A stretch of DNA of 64,000 bases, taken from a virus (taxonomy: Duplodnaviria; Caudoviricetes). The notes beneath the pieces are model-generated. The model searched no databases. It was not told the origin of the DNA and saw only the letters and a list, made by a program, of their open reading frames with translations. A program made the position numbers and the translations under genes. Positions 8,721-17,999 of this stretch are shown here, piece after piece. Numbering within the stretch: position 1 is the first letter of the stretch; each line of letters begins with the position of its first letter. The stretch covers positions 32,001 to 96,000 of the IMG/VR virus record IMGVR_UViG_2711768162_000009, one strand, 5' to 3'.

Positions 8721-9023
8721 ATGGAGCGATCGCTCAAGCAGTTTGTCGACCGTCAGCGCTCGGAGCACGATACCGAGACAGCGATATTCAACGTCGGCGA
8801 CGAGCATAGCCCAGCTTATGCCCTATTCCTCTACGCAAACCACCAACTCTACAAGGTCATTTCAGTCGGCCCTTCACTGAATGAGGCGAGTGAGATAGCC
8901 GATCGCCTAGCTGCAAGGCTCTCAAGTGATGGCCCTGAGAGGTTCACGGAATGGGTAAAGCGCAGCTTCCCAGATGAGTTCTGTGACCTGGATTACAGCC
9001 AAGCCTCACGCCTGCTTGCATAA
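8721..9023 (+). CDS. Hypothetical protein
   Basis: GGAG RBS; 100 aa; TATAAC upstream. Confidence 0.6.
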   Translation: MERSLKQFVDRQRSEHDTETAIFNVGDEHSPAYALFLYANHQLYKVISVGPSLNEASEIADRLAARLSSDGPERFTEWVKRSFPDEFCDLDYSQASRLLA

Positions 9024-9067
9024 TCACCCGAAGCGCCCCGCTGGGCGTTTTCCCTTGGGCGCCTGAG

Positions 9068-9362
9068 ACCATGGCAACAGGGAAAGGCTCTATCTGCATA
9101 CCGCGACACGGAGCCATGGCGGTTCGGGAAAGGCTCTCTCTACATCTGGTTGTATGGGCACCATGGGAATAGGGAAAGGCTCTGCCTACATTTAGCCGCC
9201 TCTCCACCATGGCAGCACGGGGCGCCGCGGCTGCGGGCCTCCCGCATTTGAGGGGCTGCCTTATTTGATCAGGGCGGTTTTTGCGGGCCTCCCTCACCCG
9301 TGGTTTCCCGCAAATGAGGTTCACCCTCACCCGTGGTTTCCCTCAACTGCGGGATACCCTCA
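9068..9362. repeat. Repeat block: three CCATGG-N5/6-GGGAAAGGCTCT units plus two CCCTCACCCGTGGTTTCCC units
   Basis: Direct repeats visible at about 9069, 9114, 9161 and at 9291, 9324. Confidence 0.7.
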
Positions 9363-9732
9363 TCGGCGTGCCTCATGATCGGCAGAGGTCGTCAACACTT
9401 GCCTGCCTATCAGTCATCGCTGACTGATTTTATTTTCCTATGATGCATCGGGACGCTTGACGCCTGCTCGCAGCGTGTTCTATTCGCGTGCGCGCCCCTT
9501 AAAAATAAGTCATCGCTTACTGATATAGGGCCTTTATCAGGGTCTCGGAGACGATAGAAACGTTTGTCTGTTCATGCGTGACTAGTCACGTTAATATGAA
9601 CTCATCGAATGACGCAGCGGACAACGCAACATTCGATACGCTCTTTAAAAACCAAACTAGCATCAACTAAAACTAGCGTATATCGCACTCACATAAAGCG
9701 ATAACGCATTACTCTGAAAAAAGGAAAACATC

Positions 9733-10368
9733 ATGAAAGACCTGATCAAAATCGCCAAAACTGTCGCCGCCAACGCCAACCCGCGTCGCGAGCGCATCTT
9801 TGAAGACGCAGAACAGCAAAAAGCCCGTCTTGACGCACTCAAGACCGAAAGCAAAAACGAAAAGATTCAAGAGGCCAAAATCGCCATCAAAAACGCCGCT
9901 CAACAGCGACTCGAAAATTTCGAGCACAAGCGTCAGCAAGAGGAAATTGACGACCGCGACTTGAGCGTAGAAGTCACCCACGCAAAATACAATGCAAGTT
10001 TGCTTGAACTGGACACACAGACTATGCGCTATGTCCTCAAGCGTGAGATTAACCTTGCGGACGCAGTGAACAAGAGCCGCGAGTATAAAAAGCGCCTTCG
10101 TCACTTCCTGACCGCCTGCGCTCACAAAGACGCAAGCAAACTCGACAAAGCGCTTGCCCTTCTGCAAACGCACATGAAGTCAACCCAGTGCGCTTCTCTG
10201 AGCGTTCCGGAGATTCAGGGCATCATGCAACACGCAACACCGACGCAAGCTAGCTACTTCAAGAATTTTGCGCACGCTATCGGAGTTGTCACCGCGCAGC
10301 GTTCAAACAGCGCACCAATGGAAGTCAACAAAGACAATGAAGTCTACCAAGACTTTGTTTCTCTCTAA
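9733..10368 (+). CDS. Hypothetical early-type protein in a compositionally distinct segment
   Basis: AAGGA RBS, AT-rich leader, 211 aa, lower GC. Confidence 0.8.
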   Translation: MKDLIKIAKTVAANANPRRERIFEDAEQQKARLDALKTESKNEKIQEAKIAIKNAAQQRLENFEHKRQQEEIDDRDLSVEVTHAKYNASLLELDTQTMRYVLKREINLADAVNKSREYKKRLRHFLTACAHKDASKLDKALALLQTHMKSTQCASLSVPEIQGIMQHATPTQASYFKNFAHAIGVVTAQRSNSAPMEVNKDNEVYQDFVSL

Positions 10369-10392
10369 AATAATAAGTCACGGATTACTTAT

Positions 10393-10417
10393 AGCGCACT
10401 CTTCGGAGTGCGCTTTT
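10393..10417 (+). terminator. Rho-independent terminator
   Basis: AGCGCACTC-TTCG-GAGTGCGCT plus T run. Confidence 0.8.
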
Positions 10418-10437
10418 ACTTTAAAGGAATACCGCAA

Positions 10438-10734
10438 ATGACAACTTGCGTTATCAAAGACAACGTTTGGACACTCGCCAATAACGTCGCATTTGTTGAA
10501 GTCTCACATAACAACGTCGCCACTGTCGGATACTTGATGCAAGAGAACGACAAGCGTGAAGCGTCACGCGAAAGAATCGCCACACGAGCCGCGTTTACCG
10601 ATCGCGTCGGAGCGCTGCGCTATGCCGTCGCCTTCCTTGCGCAGTGTGCATTGCTCGCCCGCGACTTCCACGCCCTCGAGGACTACATTCACGCGCAAGC
10701 GTCGATGGACTCCAGCGACAACAGAACAGCATAG
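10438..10734 (+). CDS. Hypothetical protein
   Basis: AAGGA RBS then ATG 10438; 98 aa. Confidence 0.7.
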   Translation: MTTCVIKDNVWTLANNVAFVEVSHNNVATVGYLMQENDKREASRERIATRAAFTDRVGALRYAVAFLAQCALLARDFHALEDYIHAQASMDSSDNRTA

Positions 10735-11159
10735 CGTCATCGCTCCAGAACAGCGCTACAAGCGACGCAAGCGTCTTGTGAGTGTCATCACAGCACTCTA
10801 GCCCTTGCGTCGCTCCTGCGAGCAAATAGAGCGATTCTCAGACGACCAGGGGTAGCAGGAGCCAGTGAGAGGATCGCGCACATGAGAGCCGACCTCAGAT
10901 GCGAAAGCCCTAGAAAATGCCGAGATAGCGCTGGGTATAGCCGCCTATTCGCCTCCACTCCCGGCTCCGTCCCTTATACCACCGGCTCCTACCGACCTTC
11001 GCCCGCCTTATACCACCGCCGCATTACCCGCTCTGATTCAGGTGACGCCTCAGCGCCCTTTGCCCTTATACAACCACAGTTCGCCCGCTGCTTGCCTGTC
11101 GGCAAGCACCTCGCTACCATATGTAAGTCATCGCTTACTTCCATACGAGGAACCCGCAC

Positions 11160-11435
11160 ATGGGCCTGCTCACCAAACGCGACGAATCCAGCCAAGCCAT
11201 GGCCTCTCGCGCACTGATCAACGCCGAGAATGCTCTGACCGACCTGATCAACGCTCAGACCGCAACGGCTGACGCCATTGCTGACGTCGAGGCGCAGGTC
11301 TCTGACCTGCTCCGCCGCAAGACCGAGCTGCTGAACCGTCGCCGCGACCTGGACTTCACCGTCAACACCATGACCAAGGCACTGTTCGCGACCGAAAAAG
11401 AGCGCGCCGAGGCCGAGGAAGAGACCCATGCGTGA
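11160..11435 (+). CDS. Small coiled-coil protein
   Basis: GAGGA RBS, heptad pattern, operator motif upstream at 11124. Confidence 0.7.
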   Translation: MGLLTKRDESSQAMASRALINAENALTDLINAQTATADAIADVEAQVSDLLRRKTELLNRRRDLDFTVNTMTKALFATEKERAEAEEETHA

Positions 11436-11757
11436 GATCGCCAAAGGCGACTCAGCCCGCACCTTCGTTCAGAACCACCCCGAAGGTGCTGTGCTGCTCC
11501 TAACGGCCCGTTGGTGCGGTTCTCCGTGCGATTCACTGGTTCCCGTGCTGGCACTGATCGAAGCCGAGAATCCCTCTGTCAGCGTCGCTGTGGCTGATCT
11601 GGAGACTGCTCGAGACCTGGCCGCTGAACTCGACGTGACAGGCATCCCCGCTGTGCTGGGCTTCGCGAATGGGAAGTGCGTCGCCAAGTCCACCTCCTGG
11701 CGCGACAAGGCATCAATTGAGCAAGGTCTGGAAGAGGTATTGCGCCGTGAAGCGTAG
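11428..11757 (+). CDS. Thioredoxin-like protein with atypical WCGSPC site
   Basis: TARWCGSPC and DVTGIPAVLGFANGK Trx-fold motifs. Confidence 0.8.
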   Translation: MREIAKGDSARTFVQNHPEGAVLLLTARWCGSPCDSLVPVLALIEAENPSVSVAVADLETARDLAAELDVTGIPAVLGFANGKCVAKSTSWRDKASIEQGLEEVLRREA

Positions 11758-11995
11758 CGTTGTGAATCTGCTGGTGGGTCTTACGTTTATTGCCGTTGGC
11801 GTCCTCTGCTTCCTCGCCGTAGCCGCTGTTGCAGTTTGGGGTCAGTTCTTGTTCTTGACCAACACCTACGGCCTCGAGGTGATCTCCTGGGCGTGGTTGA
11901 TCCTCGGTATCCCCGGAATCATGCTGGCTGCTTTCGTTTGCTTGTGGTGCGGGAAAGTGTGCGTTGCACTCGGCGCGCTAGTGCTAAACCGATAA
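11747..11995 (+). CDS. Small membrane protein
   Basis: Two long hydrophobic segments; GTG start overlapping the thioredoxin gene. Confidence 0.6.
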   Translation: MKRSVVNLLVGLTFIAVGVLCFLAVAAVAVWGQFLFLTNTYGLEVISWAWLILGIPGIMLAAFVCLWCGKVCVALGALVLNR

Positions 11996-12058
11996 ACACA
12001 ACAGCAAACGAGAAAAGGGCGCCAAGGCGCCCTGTGTTCATTTTCAGCCCTGCTGCAA

Positions 12059-12358
12059 TCAGTTGTTATCTTGTTTGAGCTTTGAAAGGAGTTTCTTTAC
12101 GTCTGCCGGTTTCATGGGTTTGGCTGAACTCTCGGCACCCTCTCCCTTCCCTGCCTGCTTTCTTTTCTCCGCTTTCTTCTCTTCCACTTTCCACTCCACC
12201 AATTCTTTAATAGCATCATCTGGGAGAGTTTCAATAAGTGCGCACAGAACGTCGCTGTTGGTGAGATTCAGACCAGATGCCACCCGTCGTAATCTTTGAT
12301 GATTCTTCTTTTTGAATGTGGCATTAACAGACTTTTTATCTGGATCGCTTTTATCCAC
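12059..12358 (-). CDS. Small DNA-binding protein, possibly ribbon-helix-helix
   Basis: KSVNATF strand followed by two helices (QRLRRVASGLNLTNSDVLCALI); downstream of the helicase. Confidence 0.5.
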   Translation of the reverse strand: MDKSDPDKKSVNATFKKKNHQRLRRVASGLNLTNSDVLCALIETLPDDAIKELVEWKVEEKKAEKRKQAGKGEGAESSAKPMKPADVKKLLSKLKQDNN

Positions 12359-12368
12359 TGAGTTTCCC

Positions 12369-13967
12369 CTAAGCTGCACTCAGACCGAGTGCTTTGAAAT
12401 CGAAATCGTTAGGGCCGTAGGTAATATTCTCGCCAAATCCAGGTGTGTTTTGGACTATCGCCAAGCGTTCCATGGAATGACGCTTGAGGTGATTATTGGC
12501 GGAATCAATGAAATCAACAATAAGAGCAACGTTTGGAACTCCCTTCTTCGCTCGGAGCCCGCGTCCTATTCTTTGGCGCAATGCTACTTCTGCTTTGCCA
12601 CCCCCTGCTAAGATGACGCAACCTACAGCCGGGACGTCCACACCGACGTCCATAATCGTTGAGCCGATCAGCACTTGAATTTTACCGTCACGCAAATCAT
12701 TCAGCGCCGATTGCCTCGCTTCGCGGTTAGATTCTCCAAAGACAAATTTTGCCTTGATTCCACATAAATTTAAACGCTTCTCAAGTAACTTCCCATGACT
12801 TTTCTGTAAAACTAGTATCATCACCGGCAAACGGAGCCCGGCTGCTCTGACCGCCTCTTGGACGATCAGATTGTTTCTCGGCTGATTGTAGATCACACCC
12901 AGCTTATAAGCACGCTGCCATTGGGTCGAACGGCCTAGACGGGTGCTGGTAATCGCCTTTTCCTTCATCAACTCGATGCCATCCCGGTCAGGCTGGTAGC
13001 CTACGGTGTGGTATCGGAAATAAGGCTTGGCGAGAACCCCTCTTTCGATCAGCATTTTTTCCGTGACACGTATCAGAACAGGCCCCGTGCAGGACAGCAG
13101 CCGCATATTGGACTCCTGGTCATCCCGCATGAACGGAGTAGCCGTTAGGGCCATCCGGTAGCGAGCGTTCTTGCACGCATCCATGATGGCGTAGTAGCTG
13201 TCTCCGCCGACCTCGTGAGCTTCCTCAAGCACAACGAACTCCACCATCGCCAGGTATTTGAGGGTCTGCTCCCGCATCTTGGCCTGCTTGAGCTGATCCG
13301 CCTTCGACTTGCTGCGATCCGGCTCGCGAAGCCTGGCAGCCAGGGTCTGCACCATGCCCACCGTGACACAGCCACGAGGACTCCAGACGCCATCACCGAT
13401 GACGCCAACCTCCCTACCCTTCCAGAAGCGGTCGCCGTTCGCGAGTTGAAAGGCCATCGAACGCTCAAACGCGGTCTTCATCTGATACATCAAGATGCCG
13501 CGAGTCGTGATGAAAAGCGTGGGGCGCCGGATTCTACTAACAGCGATGTTACAAATTCGTGACTTCCCGCCACCAGTGCTGACCTGACAGATCCCCTGTC
13601 CTTCCTTGATTAGCACATCGACCGCCTTCGGCTGGTAGCTGTAAGCGTCCGTATAGCCGAACTCGTCGATGATTGGTCGCTCAGGCCCTCTGGGAGCAGG
13701 AAGCGGCTTCTGAACGATCTGCGGGTGGTAGCCGCGCTTCTTCAGCTCGTCCGCTACGGGCTTGGTAAACCCCGCCGGGAATCGGGCCGGCCCCCAGTCG
13801 AAGAAAGTGCTGGTGCCGTCCCAGTCGCCATTGCGACACGCTTTCGAGTAGTCGGCCCCGGCCACCTGGTAAGAGAGCAGTGATTGCAGGATGCCCTTCA
13901 CCTCCGCGTCGGCATCCACCAACTGCGCGATCCGAGCGTTCCTAGCGATACGGATAACTGAGCCCAT
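12369..13967 (-). CDS. Superfamily 2 (DExH-like) helicase
   Basis: STGGGKS Walker A, LEEAH motif II, LTATP motif III, GVDVP, QRIGRGLR motif VI; GAGGA RBS before ATG 13967. Confidence 0.92.
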   Translation of the reverse strand: MGSVIRIARNARIAQLVDADAEVKGILQSLLSYQVAGADYSKACRNGDWDGTSTFFDWGPARFPAGFTKPVADELKKRGYHPQIVQKPLPAPRGPERPIIDEFGYTDAYSYQPKAVDVLIKEGQGICQVSTGGGKSRICNIAVSRIRRPTLFITTRGILMYQMKTAFERSMAFQLANGDRFWKGREVGVIGDGVWSPRGCVTVGMVQTLAARLREPDRSKSKADQLKQAKMREQTLKYLAMVEFVVLEEAHEVGGDSYYAIMDACKNARYRMALTATPFMRDDQESNMRLLSCTGPVLIRVTEKMLIERGVLAKPYFRYHTVGYQPDRDGIELMKEKAITSTRLGRSTQWQRAYKLGVIYNQPRNNLIVQEAVRAAGLRLPVMILVLQKSHGKLLEKRLNLCGIKAKFVFGESNREARQSALNDLRDGKIQVLIGSTIMDVGVDVPAVGCVILAGGGKAEVALRQRIGRGLRAKKGVPNVALIVDFIDSANNHLKRHSMERLAIVQNTPGFGENITYGPNDFDFKALGLSAA

Positions 13968-14077
13968 AGGTTGTTCCTCTGAGGCTTTTGCCTTATATTT
14001 CGTAAGTAATCGCTTACTTACTTGTTTGCGCAAAAACTGACGTGACGTGTCACGTAATCCTAACGAGATATTAGCAC

Positions 14078-14746
14078 ATGAGCGAGATAGTTCATATCGA
14101 CCCACGACGTCTGAAGCAGAATTCGTGGAACACCAACAAGGTCAGCGCCGAGAACGAAGAAAAGCTCCGTGCTGGTATCCGCCGCCATGGGCTGATCGGA
14201 ACGATCGTCGCCCGCGAACTTGATGATGGCTCGCTCGAGATCATCGGCGGTGCTCACCGGGCTCAGATCGCCGCTGAAGAAGGCATTGAGGCAGTCGCGG
14301 TCCACAACGTCGGCTACATCAGCGACGAGCGGGCCAAGGAACTCATGCTGCTGGACAACGGCCGCTACGGACAGGATGACGCCTTCGAGCTGGCCGCCCT
14401 GCTCGATGAGCTTGCTTCGCAAAGCGACGTGGAACTCGCCTCCTTCATGCCCTTCTCCAGCGAGGACATGGACAAGTTGATGACCACCTCCGACATCGAC
14501 CTCGATGCACTGGACGACGAACTCAACGAGGACGACCTGTCCGACTTGGAAATCTCCAAGGAGAAGCGCGAGGCGCCCGTGCAAACGCACCAGGTTCTTC
14601 GGTTCAAGGTTCCCATGGATGACGTCGAGCGCGTCCAGCGCGTGATCCGGCAGATCATGGATGAGCAAGGGTTCGACGCGGATGACTCAATGACCAATGC
14701 GGGCGATGCCCTGGTCTACCTGGCAGGAGAATACACCGATGACTGA
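14078..14746 (+). CDS. ParB/Srx N-terminal domain protein
   Basis: LKQNSWNTN, EIIGGAHRAQ, LLDN motifs; acidic linker. Confidence 0.85.
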   Translation: MSEIVHIDPRRLKQNSWNTNKVSAENEEKLRAGIRRHGLIGTIVARELDDGSLEIIGGAHRAQIAAEEGIEAVAVHNVGYISDERAKELMLLDNGRYGQDDAFELAALLDELASQSDVELASFMPFSSEDMDKLMTTSDIDLDALDDELNEDDLSDLEISKEKREAPVQTHQVLRFKVPMDDVERVQRVIRQIMDEQGFDADDSMTNAGDALVYLAGEYTDD

Positions 14747-15422
14747 TGCCCAAGAGGTCGTGTATCTCGACCCGCAGAAACTGGTGCCCTACACCAAGAA
14801 CGTCAAGAAGCACCCGCAGAGCCACATCGACACGCTCAAGGCGTTGATCCAGAAATACGGCTTCTCCAAGGGCAACGCCATCCAGGTCGATAAGAACCTG
14901 GTGATCATCGCCGGTCACGGTCGGCGCGAGGCATCCTGTCAGCTTGGGCTCAAGGAAGTGCCTGTCGTTATTCGCCACGACCTGACAGACGATGAGGTCA
15001 AGCGCTGGCGGATCGAAGAGAACAAGTCTGTTGGCCTCGATTATGACGTCGTGATGATGCGCGAAGAGCTGGCCGAGCTGATGGACGTGGACAGCGACCC
15101 GCTGATCGGCTTTGACGCCAAGGAATGGGACGTCCTCACCGAAGACCTGACAGAAGACCTCAATACCGAACAAGTGCTGACCGATCTGGGCGAAGAGATG
15201 GAGCGTTCCCAGCAGCAGCACGACGCCGCCGTCGAGAAGGCCAAGACAGCGCAGATTCCGGTTGGGGAATTGCTGGGCTTTAAGCATGTGCCGGCCGATC
15301 AGCAGCGCAAGTTCGCCGGCTTCATGGCCGAAGTCGAGTTCCGCACCAAGAAGGCCGGACTCGATGCCTTCATGGAATTCATCGACCGCTGCGACATTGA
15401 TCTCGCTTGCCCAACGGAGTAA
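14739..15422 (+). CDS. ParB/Srx N-terminal domain protein
   Basis: LVPYTKNVKKH, IIAGHGRREA, RIEENK motifs. Confidence 0.88.
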   Translation: MTDAQEVVYLDPQKLVPYTKNVKKHPQSHIDTLKALIQKYGFSKGNAIQVDKNLVIIAGHGRREASCQLGLKEVPVVIRHDLTDDEVKRWRIEENKSVGLDYDVVMMREELAELMDVDSDPLIGFDAKEWDVLTEDLTEDLNTEQVLTDLGEEMERSQQQHDAAVEKAKTAQIPVGELLGFKHVPADQQRKFAGFMAEVEFRTKKAGLDAFMEFIDRCDIDLACPTE

Positions 15423-15429
15423 GTCACCA

Positions 15430-16080
15430 ATGACTGATTCAACAACCATCACCGTCGACAAGCGATTCAGCTCGAGAGTCATGCAGACCGAGCGAGTGCT
15501 TGAGGTCGCTGAGGCGTTCGGCCTGGGCCTCGAAGAGCGCGACTTCGTGATCTACGACCACCTGCCGATCGAGGTTCACCAGGGCGACGTGATCTACATC
15601 ACGGGCCAGTCCGGCTCCGGCAAGTCTCTAGTGCTCCGCGAGATCGCCAAGCAACTGGGCGATGCAGGCAGGAAGGTTGCGAACATCGACGCCATCGAGC
15701 TTGAAGACCGTCCGCTGATCGACCAGATCGGCAAGGACACCAACGACGCAGTGCGTCTCCTGTCACTTGCTGGCCTGAATGACGCCTACCTGCTCGTCCG
15801 CAATCCCGGCCAGCTCTCGGATGGTCAGAAGTATCGCTTCCGCTTGGCGAAGGTCATCGAGTCGGGGGCCGACGTATGGGTCGCCGACGAGTTCTGCGCG
15901 GTGCTCGATCGTGCCACTGCCAAGGTGGTGTCGTTCAACGTCCAGCGCGCCGCCCGCAAGGTGGGCGCAACCGTCGTGGTCGCCACCACTCACACCGACC
16001 TGACGGCTGATCTGAAGCCGAGCCTGGTGGTCGAGAAGTATTACAAGGAAAAGGTCAGTCTGGAGCGCCCCGATGAGTGA
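15430..16080 (+). CDS. Soluble ABC-type ATPase
   Basis: GQSGSGKS, LSDGQ signature, WVADEF, ATTH; no permease gene nearby. Confidence 0.88.
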   Translation: MTDSTTITVDKRFSSRVMQTERVLEVAEAFGLGLEERDFVIYDHLPIEVHQGDVIYITGQSGSGKSLVLREIAKQLGDAGRKVANIDAIELEDRPLIDQIGKDTNDAVRLLSLAGLNDAYLLVRNPGQLSDGQKYRFRLAKVIESGADVWVADEFCAVLDRATAKVVSFNVQRAARKVGATVVVATTHTDLTADLKPSLVVEKYYKEKVSLERPDE

Positions 16081-16513
16081 AATCCCGGTAGATATTGACC
16101 GCAAACAAGCCCATCGCAAAGCCAAGCGAGAAGGAGTGCCTGTGCTCAGGATTGAGCCCTGGGGCGCGGAAATCTATCTCTTCAAGGGCGTCGCTTCCTA
16201 TGGGGAGAGGTTCGAGCGAATCTTCGGCCATCCGAGCAGCATGGAGTCATACGAGGAATACGAAGTCGGCGGCTTCTTCGGTGTCGATCGAGCATCCCCT
16301 GCGGCGTCAGTGTGGGTGCTGGTCATCAGCGAGATCGCCCCTGAGTATCCGGAAGAGTTCATCTGGCACGAGGCGCTGCACGCCACCTTCATGATCCTCG
16401 ACAACTACGGTGTCGCGTTCGACGTCGAGAACCACGAGGTCTTCAACTACACCCAGGCGCAGATCGTTAGTGGCGTTCGCGAAAAGCTGTATGGGCTGGA
16501 GGGCTTTCGGTGA
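16073..16513 (+). CDS. HExxH (zincin-like) protein
   Basis: IWHEALHA with downstream E (NHEVFNY). Confidence 0.55.
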   Translation: MSEIPVDIDRKQAHRKAKREGVPVLRIEPWGAEIYLFKGVASYGERFERIFGHPSSMESYEEYEVGGFFGVDRASPAASVWVLVISEIAPEYPEEFIWHEALHATFMILDNYGVAFDVENHEVFNYTQAQIVSGVREKLYGLEGFR

Positions 16514-17415
16514 TGACACCAAACGACGTAATGGTGCGCCGACCTCATCCAGCGGAGTTCCCGGCACAGTTTTCAGACCTGTCGCGCATGATCCTCGAGC
16601 CCGGCACCCGCGAGGATTGGCTGGCCCTGCATGATCTGCACTACAAGACCGAGACCGACAGCTTCGGCCAGACCTATTACCGCTGCACGCTGGACGGGAA
16701 GCTCATCGGTGTAGTGGTGACCGCCTACCCGAAACTGCTCCTGGAGCCGCGGCACCGGATGTTCCCGAAGATCAAGCCAACCGGCGGCAGCAAGCTGACC
16801 AATACCGCTCGAGGCAAGTTCGTGAACGACCTGTTCGCGATCATTAACCGCTCGGTGGTGGACACGATGTATCGCGGTGTCGGCGTGAGCTACCGGATGA
16901 TCAACCTGGCGTCGCGAATGCACCCCCGGCGTGTCATGGAGATTCAGTCGGCCATGTCGAAGTTCAGCCCGTTCGCCATGAAGGCCGGCTTCCAGTTCGC
17001 CAAACCCATCAAGAACAAGCACTACGAGAAAGGCGTGGCGATGGTGGCGCGCTACCTCGACAGTCATCCCTACGACACCGAAGGGCTGATCGCCGAGCTG
17101 GAGAGCATGACGCCGGCGCTGAAGCACCGTGCCCTGCGTGACCTGACGGCCTTCTATTACAAGTGCTCGGCACTGGAAAAGACCGGACGAAATCTGGGTC
17201 GCGGCCTTGATGACTTGGACTACACGCCTCGAGAGCTGATCGCCAAGATTCAGGGCCTGATCTTCACCAGCCCGCTCTACGGCGCCTATCAGAACCCGGA
17301 CTACGGTCGCGTGCTGCCCAGGCAGCTACCGCTGATCGCCTTTGACCTGCAACGAACCGACGAACCCCTGAATTTGGAGCGTCTGTCCGAAGTGACGGGC
17401 GAGAGTTACCAATGA
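16510..17415 (+). CDS. GNAT-fold acyltransferase-like protein (partner of the ABC ATPase)
   Basis: LHY, LIGVVV, RSVVDTMYRGVGVS (acyl-CoA loop), SAMSKFSPFAMKAGF. Confidence 0.7.
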   Translation: MMTPNDVMVRRPHPAEFPAQFSDLSRMILEPGTREDWLALHDLHYKTETDSFGQTYYRCTLDGKLIGVVVTAYPKLLLEPRHRMFPKIKPTGGSKLTNTARGKFVNDLFAIINRSVVDTMYRGVGVSYRMINLASRMHPRRVMEIQSAMSKFSPFAMKAGFQFAKPIKNKHYEKGVAMVARYLDSHPYDTEGLIAELESMTPALKHRALRDLTAFYYKCSALEKTGRNLGRGLDDLDYTPRELIAKIQGLIFTSPLYGAYQNPDYGRVLPRQLPLIAFDLQRTDEPLNLERLSEVTGESYQ

Positions 17416-17699
17416 TGCAGCCGAACAATACTCGTCTGACCGTGAAGCAGATTCAGATTCTGCAAACCATCAACCAGCACTGGCTGACCCACCGTCAAGA
17501 AATCGACGTGGATCAGCTACTTGACGCATTGCCTTATCAAACCACCAAGCAATCCATGCAGTTCAGCATCCGAGCCCTGATCAAGAAGGGAGTCATCCTG
17601 AAGTGCGAGTGCGAGGTTCGGCGCGGCAGGCAGCGCCGCATCCTCAAGATCACTGATCATGGCAAGCGACTGCTTGGTATCCGATCCGAGGTAGCGTGA
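17412..17699 (+). CDS. Winged helix-turn-helix protein
   Basis: LTVKQIQIL...TKQSMQFSIRALIKKGVI...RRILKITDHG MarR-like pattern. Confidence 0.75.
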   Translation: MMQPNNTRLTVKQIQILQTINQHWLTHRQEIDVDQLLDALPYQTTKQSMQFSIRALIKKGVILKCECEVRRGRQRRILKITDHGKRLLGIRSEVA

Positions 17700-17707
17700 A
17701 TCGGATG

Positions 17708-17793
17708 AGGCAGAGTTTTTGTAGTAAATGCCTTACCCCCTCTACTTAATAATCCTCATCCGAACATATACAGAACTACAGAGTAATAGGGGT
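17708..17793 (-). repeat. ~85-bp dispersed non-coding element, family B copy 2 (inverted)
   Basis: Reverse complement carries AGGCATTTACTACAAAAACTCTGCCT, identical to 5501-5526. Confidence 0.85.
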
Positions 17794-17887
17794 CAGTCGA
17801 TACAGAGCTGACCAGGTGGTCCTCGGATACAGCGGATCGGCCGGCCCCGCCCCTCTCCCCACAATTCAATGCTGTGCCTCCTTGCTC

Positions 17888-17980
17888 ACTCAGAAACGCG
17901 CTGTGAGCGCTTTCGCGTGCGAGACGACTCATTACTCGTCTTTCGTCGGGAAACGTCTCTCAGCGCAGCGTGGAGCGATC
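17888..17980 (-). repeat. ~100-bp dispersed non-coding element, family A copy (inverted)
   Basis: Reverse complement reads GATCGCTCCA...GACGTTTCCC...AAAGCGCT...TCTGAG, as in 5161-5256. Confidence 0.7.
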
Positions 17981-17999
17981 TAGGAGCGCATATAGCGTC

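Noticed and set aside
6124-9362. GGGAAAGGC spaced repeats as a CRISPR array
   Set aside because: The conserved core is too short and degenerate, there are only three units per cluster, and no cas genes are present.
14078-15422. ParB pair as a plasmid partition system
   Set aside because: No adjacent ParA and no evident C-terminal HTH; they resemble terminase-associated ParB-like proteins.
15430-16080. ABC ATPase as a membrane transporter
   Set aside because: No permease or substrate-binding gene nearby; the context is ParB, GNAT and terminase.
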